The translations under genes and the position numbers were made by a program. Positions 8,432 through 16,682 of a stretch of 27,016 nucleotides of DNA are shown piece after piece (position 1 is the stretch's first letter; each line of letters begins with the position of its first letter). Location: positions 1 through 27,016 of IMG/VR virus record IMGVR_UViG_3300020045_005658. One strand, given 5' to 3'. The DNA is from a virus (lineage: Duplodnaviria; Caudoviricetes). A model generated the notes under the pieces. That model saw only the letters and a program-made list of their open reading frames with translations. It was not told where the DNA came from and ran no database searches.

Positions 8432-8957
8432 TTTAAATTGGGTAATGACCGATATTGAGACTCTTTCTACAGCCTCTAATGCAGTAATTGTAACTATTGC
8501 ATCAGTAAAGTTTTCTATGGCGTCAGACAATATAGAGACATTCTGTGTCAATATTAATCCCAGATCATCTAAAGAAGTAGGATTACATATTGACATTGAT
8601 ACTCTTAACTGGTGGAAATCTCAGAAACCTGATGTAATGCAGACATGGATGCATTCTCAGATTGACTTACCTGCAGCACTAGATCAGTTTACTGAATTCT
8701 TTGGTACAGATAAAAATACTCTCCATTTTTGTAATGGTTTATCATTTGATTTTCCTATCCTGGATTCATCATATAGAGCAACAGGTAGAAAAGCACCGGG
8801 TAATTATTGGAATCAGCGAGATGCTCGCACCATCTATTGGGCTGCCGGTTTAGATCCTAGAAACGAACCTCGTGTGGGGAATTATCATTCTGCCATAGAT
8901 GATTGTCTAACACAGATTCAAAATCTTAAGAAAGCAATGGGAACTAAACATGTCTGA
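8424..8957 (+). CDS. DEDDh 3'-5' exonuclease (DexA/exonuclease VIII-like)
   Basis: DIETL, NGLSFDFPIL, RDARTI and HSAIDDC motifs; ATG 8424 overlaps the upstream stop. Confidence 0.85.
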   Translation: MSDLNWVMTDIETLSTASNAVIVTIASVKFSMASDNIETFCVNINPRSSKEVGLHIDIDTLNWWKSQKPDVMQTWMHSQIDLPAALDQFTEFFGTDKNTLHFCNGLSFDFPILDSSYRATGRKAPGNYWNQRDARTIYWAAGLDPRNEPRVGNYHSAIDDCLTQIQNLKKAMGTKHV

Positions 8958-9312
8958 TGTGCATTCACAATACGAATATCGTTTTTATAAGAATGTAACC
9001 AATTCTGCTCAATGTTTGTCATGTGGTCAAATTATAGAATCAAAACATCGACATGATTTTGTGTCGTGTGAGTGTGGTGATATTTCTATCGATGGTGGTT
9101 TAGATTATTGTCGTTATGTCGTTAAGAATGTGGATAATTTTAAAAATCTTTCCATTTCCCGTAAATTCACGGAAGTTGAACTTACGTTGTTTATCCACGA
9201 TTCCATTAGAAAATCTCTTGAGAATAAAATCTATTCGTCTACTTATGATGAAAATATTTTAGCCGCAGCGAAACATTTTAGACAATTATGGTACATTCAT
9301 TACGAACCATGA
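8950..9312 (+). CDS. Cys4 zinc-binding phage protein
   Basis: CLSCGQIIESKHRHDFVSCECG...DGG motif. Confidence 0.75.
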   Translation: MSDVHSQYEYRFYKNVTNSAQCLSCGQIIESKHRHDFVSCECGDISIDGGLDYCRYVVKNVDNFKNLSISRKFTEVELTLFIHDSIRKSLENKIYSSTYDENILAAAKHFRQLWYIHYEP

Positions 9313-9359
9313 TAAATACGTGATATAATATATTTTTTAACAATGAAAGAAGTGAAACA

Positions 9360-10025
9360 ATGCAAATTTCCAAATCAACCGTAGATATTCTCAAGAACTT
9401 CGCAAGTATCAACCAGAACATTCTCATTAAAGAAGGTAATGTACTAACATCACGTACCGTTGCCAAGAATCTTTTTGTGTCTGCAAAAGTAGATACAGAT
9501 TTCCCACAAGAATTTGGCATCTATAATCTCAACCAATTTTTGGGAGTATTGTCGCTTTTCTCAGATCCAGAATTAGAACTTACAGATAAGTCAGTTATTA
9601 TCTCTCAAGGTAAAAATAAAGTTCAGTATCTATTCGCATCTCCCGATGTTTTAGATTATCCAGAAAAAGCGATCACGATGCCTCCTATTGATGCAAAGTT
9701 TGAGCTTTCCGAGGAAAATCTTAAAAGTCTATTAAAGGCTGGTGCCGTTTTATCTTCTACCGATCTTCGTATCTCCGGAGACGGTGAGACCATCACGTGC
9801 ACCACATTAGATCCAAAGAATCCTTCTGCCAATACATTCTCGGTTGAAGTTGGTGAAACTGGTCGAACATTTGAGGCATTCATTAAACTGGAAACGCTGA
9901 AACTGATTTCTGGATCGTATACCGTATCTTTGTCATCAAAGAAAATCACCAAATTTGAGAATTCTTTGATTGCATATGAACTTTATATTGCAAATACATC
10001 CGATTCCAGTTGGGTTTCTGCATAA
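9360..10025 (+). CDS. 45: Sliding clamp (T4 gp45)
   Basis: N-terminal ILKNFASINQNI and FGIYNLNQFL, typical length. Confidence 0.95.
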   Translation: MQISKSTVDILKNFASINQNILIKEGNVLTSRTVAKNLFVSAKVDTDFPQEFGIYNLNQFLGVLSLFSDPELELTDKSVIISQGKNKVQYLFASPDVLDYPEKAITMPPIDAKFELSEENLKSLLKAGAVLSSTDLRISGDGETITCTTLDPKNPSANTFSVEVGETGRTFEAFIKLETLKLISGSYTVSLSSKKITKFENSLIAYELYIANTSDSSWVSA

Positions 10026-10068
10026 ATTGTGTTATAATTACTCTACCAACTAATAAATAGGAAACAAT

Positions 10069-10455
10069 ATGTTAGAATTTGCAGATTATAGAGAATCGTT
10101 AAATCAAGAGAGAATGATCATTGAATCATTTCTTGATGAGATGGCTAATCTACCATCTGCGGATACTGGCTTAGGTTACTTTATTTGGATTGGTGAAGTA
10201 GGTGGTCAGCATGGGCCAAGGGTTAAGGTAAGCAACAGTCATGGTAAAATGAATGTAAACAATTGTTTTGTTATGTCTGTTGCCAAGATTCCTGAGGTAC
10301 TCACTCCTAGATCATGTAAGTTGAGAAAGTCTGAGGTAGATGATATTTCAGACTGGATTAAACTTAACTATGATGTGTTAATGAAAATGTGGAATGTTTA
10401 TGAGACCGGTAACGGATCTATAATTAAACTACAAGATAAACTAAAGAAAATTTAA
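10069..10455 (+). CDS. Hypothetical protein, DUF4160-like, with a possible capsid-targeting N-terminus
   Basis: EMANL...TGL...IWIG...QHGPRVKV...WIKLN..VL.KMW pattern; TAAATA upstream. Confidence 0.65.
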   Translation: MLEFADYRESLNQERMIIESFLDEMANLPSADTGLGYFIWIGEVGGQHGPRVKVSNSHGKMNVNNCFVMSVAKIPEVLTPRSCKLRKSEVDDISDWIKLNYDVLMKMWNVYETGNGSIIKLQDKLKKI

Positions 10456-10464
10456 GGAAATATT

Positions 10465-10614
10465 ATGAAACCGACATCCAACTTCAAAATGAACTCTACT
10501 ACAAAGTACCTTCTCTCAACCATTGCCGATCCAGAAGCACGAAATAATTTTAAAAACAATATGATCCAAGCGCAACTTGCTTCAGAGATCAAGCCGGTAA
10601 AAGAGAAGAAATAA
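10465..10614 (+). CDS. Small basic protein, 49 aa (MKPTSNFKMNSTTKY...), not in ORF track
   Basis: AAGGAAATATT-ATG RBS context and an open frame to TAA. Confidence 0.75.
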   Translation: MKPTSNFKMNSTTKYLLSTIADPEARNNFKNNMIQAQLASEIKPVKEKK

Positions 10615-10650
10615 TCAAATAGCTAGGCGACGAAGTTTAGAACTGGCTTA

Positions 10651-11660
10651 GAAAAGTAATGGCGAAGTTCGAAGAAGCTATTACTTTTCACATCAAAACA
10701 TATTAGATCAGCACCCGTTTCGCACTGCTTTCTGGCTATGTTATAGTGAATATGTTTAATATGGCGGTAGTAATTGAGTAAAGTTGGGTCCAATGATACT
10801 CAATAGTTTGTAACACCCGAAAGGCAAGGGTTACTAATAAAACTGAGAACGACTGATATGCTTTACTACCACCATATCAAAGAACATTAGCTGAGTACAA
10901 GGCTCAGCATGTGAAATTATAGAGTAACTAAGCCTCAAGAGGAAGCTATAATGTTCTTTGATATGGTACATCTAGTTGTTTAGTAGTCATAGATATGTAT
11001 TTTAGCCTTAGCGGGGTGAACGAAGTATCAAACGGGACTGCAACGAAAAGACATCGAGGCTCGGAATCTCGATACTAAACAACAAACTATCACAAAGCAT
11101 TCTGCAGAATGTTAGCGTGGCCGCAGGCATGGCTTAGATAGCCTTTCCAAGTTCGATTCTTGGGGTGATAGTAGATGTGTCATATTAAACTATACTGCAT
11201 CAACGTGTGACGCCCTTAATGGTACCATTATTGTTCGACAAGTATTCGTTACATTGGAATAGAGATCCATTGCAGCATAGTTTAATATGATATGCACAGG
11301 AAAGATAATGCATATCATATCATATTAAACCATACTTGTCATTTGATATGCAACCGATAATACCGGTTGATCATACGTGGCCTCAGTCATCGTTCTAGAC
11401 GTGAGATAACGAAAATAGTATGGTTTAATATGATAACGCGCCAATATACGAAAAGTCCCTGGTGAGACTAGATGCCTTAGAAAATAAGGCTAGGTATGTT
11501 GGTGCTGATCTTGGCTAATCAGCTATCATATAGAAGTATCTTTGTGGAGTAGACAATGAGGGCAGAGTGATCCTTGCTCATGTTAACAACGGCATGAATA
11601 GGATAAGACACTGAGCGACCTGATTCTATTCTTTATGTAAAGAAGATACTTCTATATGAT
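10651..11660 (+). ncRNA. Array of about 10 back-to-back structured non-coding modules, each closed by an inverted repeat
   Basis: Closing stems at 10651/10689, 10696/10757, 10766/10870, 10871/10967, 10975/11083, 11086/11172, 11180/11290, 11318/11435, 11438/11505 and 11525/11660; no ORF in the track; G-U wobbles favour the + strand. Confidence 0.75.
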
Positions 11661-11663
11661 TAT

Positions 11664-11853
11664 GGCGGAGTGGTGAAATTGGCATACACAGACTGTGGCG
11701 GGACGCTTAAACCCTCTTTGGACTAACACTGATCAGTTAGAATATTAAACAGTTGCTATTAAAATGCGTGAGAGAAATCTTAAATTGTATTAATGCGGGG
11801 CACTGCACATATACTATGCATTTACTGTTGGTTCGAGCCCAACCTCCGACACC
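11664..11853 (+). ncRNA. Enlarged (~190 nt) tRNA-Leu-like RNA with expanded anticodon and variable domains
   Basis: Acceptor GGCGGAG/CTCCGAC (one mismatch), Leu-type D arm GTGAAATTGGCATACAC, T arm GTTGG-TTCGAGC-CCAAC, ends ACC(T). Confidence 0.7.
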
Positions 11854-11883
11854 TTAATTAGAATTTTTACATGTAGAATACAT

Positions 11884-12141
11884 ATGATAGAAAAACAACA
11901 TCCAGAATTTAGTGAACTAGCAAAAATGCTGGGTAATTTCCTACACATCACAAATAAATTATCCGTGTTGTGGGGCAGTAAAGAGTGTCGAACATATTTA
12001 CATTCACTGACTATTTCTGATAGACCTAACCGTGCAGGATTTCCATTTGATGCAATCGTTGCAATTTCATCGTTAATAGAATTGCATGATAAATCATTTC
12101 CAGAATATCTCCCTAAACCCTCTGTGTGGGACATTCCATAA
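11884..12141 (+). CDS. Small conserved protein (LWG..EC..YL..L..DR..R.GFP motif)
   Basis: Motif recalled from uncharacterised betaproteobacterial proteins; not verified by search. Confidence 0.7.
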   Translation: MIEKQHPEFSELAKMLGNFLHITNKLSVLWGSKECRTYLHSLTISDRPNRAGFPFDAIVAISSLIELHDKSFPEYLPKPSVWDIP

Positions 12142-12170
12142 TTAAATGGTTTTCATGTTATAATCATATC

Positions 12171-12341
12171 ATGGACAAATATTTCAAACAAGAAGCAGAA
12201 CGCAGGGGATACTCTGTGTTCTATGACCATACACTAAGAGTATGGACAGTCTTTAAGGAGGGATATGATGCTGAGTACATTCCTCCATATATCTTTAAAA
12301 ATACGCCAATAGATAAGTTGGTTCATGTCTATCTTCAATAA
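12171..12341 (+). CDS. Small hypothetical protein (MDKYFK...)
   Basis: ATG directly after TGTTATAAT (12156-12164), so possibly leaderless. Confidence 0.6.
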   Translation: MDKYFKQEAERRGYSVFYDHTLRVWTVFKEGYDAEYIPPYIFKNTPIDKLVHVYLQ

Positions 12342-12367
12342 GCACATCCATTATATTATGAACTACT

Positions 12368-12973
12368 ATGACCGTACTTTTAAAACTAATTAAACCAATC
12401 CAGTCACTAGATAAGTATATTAACAGGACTAATATAAAAATTCGGTCTTGGATATTCTTGAAATTTGGTGGGTATAAATGTACTCTATGTGGATCTAAAC
12501 ATTTACATTTTAAACATCAAGAGGCAATCGGCTGGGTAAATCATGTATCAGACACCACATCAAGAATGCTTCTATCATGGTCTATGAATGACCATATTGT
12601 ATGTCCATTATGCGCAATTGATGAAATTCATAACCACTTCATCGAACATTATTATTTTCCTAAAAATGGCGTTGATAATCTAGATGATATTGTAAAATTA
12701 GGGACATGTGATTATACAGGAAAGACAAATGTTCCCGTATGCAACATCATTTTTGGGTTGGGTACCGGTGGATTCAATCTTCGACATGGTAAAGAATGGT
12801 GGAATGGTTTTAATGCGTCAGAAGAAGCACTAGAGTCTGCGATCAGAACCTGTGTAATTCAATTATCCATTATCACATACGATACCGATAAACCATTGTA
12901 TGCATCTGGAAAATATCAAGTACCTTCACAAACATTCATAGAATGGAAAAGAAAACAGGACTGGTATCTTTAA
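12368..12973 (+). CDS. Cys-rich hypothetical protein
   Basis: 201-aa ORF with CxxC pairs. Confidence 0.7.
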   Translation: MTVLLKLIKPIQSLDKYINRTNIKIRSWIFLKFGGYKCTLCGSKHLHFKHQEAIGWVNHVSDTTSRMLLSWSMNDHIVCPLCAIDEIHNHFIEHYYFPKNGVDNLDDIVKLGTCDYTGKTNVPVCNIIFGLGTGGFNLRHGKEWWNGFNASEEALESAIRTCVIQLSIITYDTDKPLYASGKYQVPSQTFIEWKRKQDWYL

Positions 12974-13016
12974 ATGTGTTATAATTGATCTATTCCCTCT
13001 TCCAGAAAGTTTTATT

Positions 13017-13304
13017 ATGATTATTGCATCACCTCTCTATATTCGAGTTATTACAGCAGACCGAGACCGTGGCTATATGCTTTTGCTCTCATGGACAAAA
13101 CCTGTAAACCAACGAACAGCACACCAGATTTCAACTTTATCTTCACCTACTCGGGTAAGTCTTGATGCTATTATTGCATCTGCCATACGTATGGCAAAAG
13201 TTACAGAAGTGATTGATGTGACAGAATCTGGTATCAAGCGACAGCTTGCCAAGATGTTTGGAGAACTTCCAGAAAAGACTAAGAAAGTCTCTGAAGATGA
13301 ATAA
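13017..13304 (+). CDS. Hypothetical protein
   Basis: 95-aa ORF after promoter 12977-12985, overlapping the next start. Confidence 0.7.
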   Translation: MIIASPLYIRVITADRDRGYMLLLSWTKPVNQRTAHQISTLSSPTRVSLDAIIASAIRMAKVTEVIDVTESGIKRQLAKMFGELPEKTKKVSEDE

Positions 13305-13698
13305 AGTAGGATTTACTGCATCATGTTTTGATCTATTTCATGCGGGACATATTCTCATGTTGAAAGAAGCAAAATCTCAATGCAATTATCTTATAGTAGG
13401 ACTACAGACTGACCCTACTATAGATAGACCAGAGAAAAATTCTCCCGTACAATCTATATTTGAACGATTTGTACAACTAAAATCTTGCATTTATGTCGAT
13501 GAGATTGTTATATATGCCACAGAAAAAGATTTATTGGACATTTTAAATTCATATAAGATTGATGTTAGAATATTAGGGTCAGAATATGAAGGTAAAAATT
13601 TTACCGGACATGATCTTAATATGCAAATCTACTTCAATACACGTAAACATGGATTTAGCACAACAGAACTTCGCAAGCGTATTACTTCACAAGGTTAA
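13297..13698 (+). CDS. Cytidylyltransferase (TagD/glycerol-3-phosphate cytidylyltransferase-like)
   Basis: FDLFHAGH (HxGH) motif, GLQTD, STTELR; ATG 13297. Confidence 0.88.
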   Translation: MNKVGFTASCFDLFHAGHILMLKEAKSQCNYLIVGLQTDPTIDRPEKNSPVQSIFERFVQLKSCIYVDEIVIYATEKDLLDILNSYKIDVRILGSEYEGKNFTGHDLNMQIYFNTRKHGFSTTELRKRITSQG

Positions 13699-14642
13699 TG
13701 ATGAATCAATTTGAAAATTTAGTTTGGGAACAACGATTTCGCCCACATATTGTTCAGGATACTATCCTGCCAGAAATTACTAAAAAGATGATACAAGATA
13801 TTGTTAAATCTGGAAATATTCCTAATTTTTTGTTTGAGGGTACATCTGGGACCGGTAAGACTACGCTAGCGCGTGTAATTGCAGAAGAACTTGGCGCAGA
13901 TTTATTATTCATTAATGCATCTATCGATGGAAATATCGATACCCTGAGAACTACGATTTCACAGTTTGTGACTACAGTATCGTTTACAGATTCTAAAAAG
14001 ATTGTATTACTCGACGAAGCTGATTTTCTTAACCAACAATCTACACAACCTGCGATGCGCGGTTTTATGGATGAGTTTTCTAAAAATGCAATTTTTATCC
14101 TTACATGTAATCATAAACATCGCATCATTTCACCACTACTTTCGCGTCTTCAGGTAATTGAGTTTAAATTTTCTAAGGAAGAGAAACAGTCTGCAGCAAT
14201 GCAGATGCTTAAACGGTGTTGCCAAATTCTTGACACAGAAGAAGTTAAATACGACAAGAAAGCTGTCGCTGGAGTTGTATCGAAAAATTTCCCAGATTTT
14301 CGCAAGACTTTGGTAGAATTGCAACGATATTCTGCATCTGGTGAAATCGATTCCGGCATCTGTTCTGTGTCCGATGATGGCAATTTGGCAGAACTGTTCA
14401 AGGCAGTTAAAGGTAAAGACTTTACCACTTGTCGTAAATGGGTAGCCAATAACTCGATGGATTCTGCTACTTTTTATCGTTCACTGTATGACAAACTTCT
14501 ACCAGAATTAGTTCCTCAGACCGTGCCGCAAGTTATTCTACATATTAATGATTTTCAGTATCAGGCAGTTTCAGCAGTTGACCTAGAAATCAATCAAATG
14601 GCATTCCTTATCAATCTAATGTCTTCAGCGAGTTTCAAGTGA
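13698..14642 (+). CDS. 44: Clamp loader large subunit (T4 gp44)
   Basis: WEQRFRP, GTGKTT, LLDEAD, FILTCN, LSRL and FPDFRK motifs. Confidence 0.95.
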   Translation: MMNQFENLVWEQRFRPHIVQDTILPEITKKMIQDIVKSGNIPNFLFEGTSGTGKTTLARVIAEELGADLLFINASIDGNIDTLRTTISQFVTTVSFTDSKKIVLLDEADFLNQQSTQPAMRGFMDEFSKNAIFILTCNHKHRIISPLLSRLQVIEFKFSKEEKQSAAMQMLKRCCQILDTEEVKYDKKAVAGVVSKNFPDFRKTLVELQRYSASGEIDSGICSVSDDGNLAELFKAVKGKDFTTCRKWVANNSMDSATFYRSLYDKLLPELVPQTVPQVILHINDFQYQAVSAVDLEINQMAFLINLMSSASFK

Positions 14643-15022
14643 CTCCATTTGACTTCACTAAGTCTCTTACACAGACTAAAGACGATCTATATACGACGGA
14701 AGAAGTATTCAACAAAGAATACACTCCGTTTATGATTAATCGGATTCTGTCTAATTCATCACAGACTACTCTATTTGCAGATGCAATGAATAGAGGCATT
14801 TTAGATAAGAAGCTTCAATATGATTTTTATCGATTTGGTATCCCCAAGACTAAAGGTTACACAAAATATATTAAGAAAGATGTGTCTGAATATAATCAGG
14901 AACATTTAGATTTTATTTGTTCAATTATGAATGTATCTTTGAAGCGTGCTATTGAAATGTATGGTATGATTGGATCAGATGCAGTTCAATTTGAATTGAA
15001 TAAACGAGGCGGCAAGAAATGA
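14639..15022 (+). CDS. 62: Clamp loader small subunit (T4 gp62)
   Basis: PFDF, YTPFMINRILS and QYDFY motifs; located between 44 and regA. Confidence 0.9.
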   Translation: MTPFDFTKSLTQTKDDLYTTEEVFNKEYTPFMINRILSNSSQTTLFADAMNRGILDKKLQYDFYRFGIPKTKGYTKYIKKDVSEYNQEHLDFICSIMNVSLKRAIEMYGMIGSDAVQFELNKRGGKK

Positions 15023-15062
15023 TTTGATAAATAGTTCCATTAGTAACTAATTTTGGTATATA

Positions 15063-15473
15063 ATGGAAATAGAAGAACAAAAATTTGAATATGGTGTTGA
15101 GGTATTGTTGCCCACGCCAGATTCTTTCAATATCTTACGTGAATCTCTAACTCGAATAGGAATCGCATCTAAGAAAAGTAAAACGCTGTATCAAAGTTGT
15201 CATGTATTGCATAAACGTGGCAGATACATGATCATGCATTTTCTTGAGTTATTTCGCTTGGATGGAAGAAGTGCGGATATTTCAGAAGATGATTATCGTA
15301 GACGAAATACTGTCGCCAAATTAATTTCTCAATGGGGTATATGTAAACTAGTGTATAATGAAGACATCGAATTTACAGTTCCTGTATCGGAGATTAAGAT
15401 CATTCCATATAAAGAGAAAAAAGATTGGGTTCTCGTTTCTAAATACACCGTAGGAAATAAAAAATCATTATGA
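15063..15473 (+). CDS. regA: Translational repressor RegA
   Basis: RESLTRIGIAS, LYQSCHVLHKRGRY..HFLELF.LDG and RRNTVAKL motifs. Confidence 0.96.
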   Translation: MEIEEQKFEYGVEVLLPTPDSFNILRESLTRIGIASKKSKTLYQSCHVLHKRGRYMIMHFLELFRLDGRSADISEDDYRRRNTVAKLISQWGICKLVYNEDIEFTVPVSEIKIIPYKEKKDWVLVSKYTVGNKKSL

Positions 15474-15489
15474 AAGAAGGCTGGGGATT

Positions 15490-15708
15490 ATGACAAAGAA
15501 AATTACACCGCTACTAAATTCAATGGATACTCGAATGATCGGTTCTAGGTTCATGGTGAAGATTTCTACGATGGACAATGGTGTGCATCCAAAGTCAATT
15601 ATGTGTGCTACACAAGATCTCGTGAGTAAAGGTTTTTCTCTTAAATTCTTTAAGTTAGAAGAAGATGTGACAGAATTTGTAAAAATCTTGTCGAACTTCG
15701 TTAAATAG
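15490..15708 (+). CDS. Hypothetical protein
   Basis: 72-aa ORF with GGGG RBS-like element. Confidence 0.65.
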   Translation: MTKKITPLLNSMDTRMIGSRFMVKISTMDNGVHPKSIMCATQDLVSKGFSLKFFKLEEDVTEFVKILSNFVK

Positions 15709-15746
15709 TGTTATAATTACTTTATCGAAATCAAAAGGAATATATT

Positions 15747-16040
15747 ATGGCTAAGAAAATGATCTCTGAAGAAATTGGAACATTGGATGTCAATTATACT
15801 TCGGCAGAAGATGTTATTACCAATCTTCAGAAATATATCGATAGGTACGGTAAAGATAAAATTACTCTCGAACTAGAAACCACAGCATATTCGGATGATA
15901 ACTATGTTGCGATTAAGTTAAAACGTGAAGAAACTGATGTGGAAGAAAACGTCAGGATGGCAAATGAATCACGATGGAAATTGAATGAAGACAATAATGA
16001 GCGTGTGATGTATGAACGTCTGAAGAAAAAGTTTGAATAA
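15747..16040 (+). CDS. Hypothetical protein
   Basis: 97 aa; promoter 15709-15717 and AAAAGGAA RBS; REETD.E...YERLKKKF ending common in phage proteins. Confidence 0.8.
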   Translation: MAKKMISEEIGTLDVNYTSAEDVITNLQKYIDRYGKDKITLELETTAYSDDNYVAIKLKREETDVEENVRMANESRWKLNEDNNERVMYERLKKKFE

Positions 16041-16061
16041 ATAACAACGATAGGTTATAAT

Positions 16062-16178
16062 ATGTTTAAATACAATGAAGGTTCTGGATATGCCATCGAA
16101 GGTGACGGTTATGCAATTGACGGTTATGCAATTGACGGATATGGATTAGGTATTGATCTGAATCCTATCTTTATTTAA
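16062..16178 (+). CDS. 38-aa peptide with GYAID repeats (MFKYNEGSGYAIEGDGYAIDGYAIDGYGLGIDLNPIFI), not in ORF track
   Basis: Open frame; in-frame 15-bp tandem repeat TGACGGTTATGCAAT at 16103-16132; TAAATA and AGGT upstream. Confidence 0.5.
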   Translation: MFKYNEGSGYAIEGDGYAIDGYAIDGYGLGIDLNPIFI

Positions 16179-16185
16179 AGAATTT

Positions 16186-16271
16186 GGGGAATTATACCGT
16201 TAAGGACACGGCTCGGACTGTAAATCCGATGTCTTCAGACTGGCTAGGATCGTTACCTAGATTCCCCACCA
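16186..16271 (+). tRNA. tRNA-Tyr(GUA)
   Basis: GGGGAAT/ATTCCCC, TCGGA-CTGTAAA-TCCGA, long variable arm, T loop ATCGTTA, ACCA end. Confidence 0.93.
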
Positions 16272-16276
16272 AATAT

Positions 16277-16352
16277 TCCTCAGTAGCTCAGTTGGTAGAG
16301 CGCAGCACTGTTAATGCTGATGTCCGTGGATCGTGCCCACGCTGGGGAGCCA
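16277..16352 (+). tRNA. tRNA-Asn(GUU)
   Basis: TCCTCAG/CTGGGGA, CAGCA-CTGTTAA-TGCTG, T loop ATCGTGC, GCCA end. Confidence 0.95.
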
Positions 16353-16358
16353 AATTAC

Positions 16359-16432
16359 CTGCTCTAAAGTGTAAGTATATGCACGGTTCCTAAAGCGGGA
16401 AACATGCCAGTGAGAATCTGGGTGAGTAGCCA
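16359..16432 (+). ncRNA. tRNA-like cloverleaf with CCA end and no valid anticodon loop
   Basis: CTGCTC/GAGTAG closing stem, GTGTA/TGCAC arm, TTCCT-AAAGC-GGGAA arm, CCAG-TGAGAAT-CTGG T-like arm, CCA. Confidence 0.6.
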
Positions 16433-16437
16433 AATTT

Positions 16438-16512
16438 TTACTCAAGTCATTAGACCTCGAAAGAGAAGTCCTGTTTACAGGTGTTACGGCGTGTTGAACC
16501 GTTGAGAGTAAA
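16438..16512 (+). ncRNA. Small cloverleaf module
   Basis: TTTACTC/GAGTAAA closing stem; GAC-CTC-GAAA-GAG-AA-GTC, CCTG-TTTA-CAGG and ACGG...CCGT arms. Confidence 0.5.
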
Positions 16513-16642
16513 TTTATTCATGGATTCTGATGATATCGATGTCAGTGACGATTTGTTGGTAGCTTTCTTAGGTTCGATTCCCTAGCTCTGGTGAGTTTGA
16601 AATCTATCATCGTAAAGTCTTTGTAGAGTCCATGAATAAATT
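16511..16642 (+). ncRNA. Structured module closed by an 18-bp inverted repeat with an internal T arm
   Basis: 16511-16528 pairs with 16625-16642 (one G-U); contains TAGG-TTCGATT-CCCTA. Confidence 0.6.
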
Positions 16643-16682
16643 ATGTTATAATTAGTTACTGAAATTCAAAAGGAAATATATT

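Noticed and set aside
11180-11435. Integron attC sites (AAC...GTT cores)
   Set aside because: They do not fit RYYYAAC/GTTRRRY, other units have AAG/CTT, there are no ORF cassettes between them and no integrase.
10651-11660. CRISPR array
   Set aside because: Repeats are inverted and unit-specific, spacing is irregular, interiors are structured and no cas genes are present.
11664-11853. tmRNA or ochre suppressor tRNA
   Set aside because: It has a true D arm, no Ala G3-U70 identity and no tag ORF; a TTA anticodon reading lacks U33.
3312-16393. Track ORFs 3312-3533, 11814-12134 and 16184-16393
   Set aside because: They overlap tRNA or tRNA-like genes or a better opposite-strand ORF and lack RBS support.
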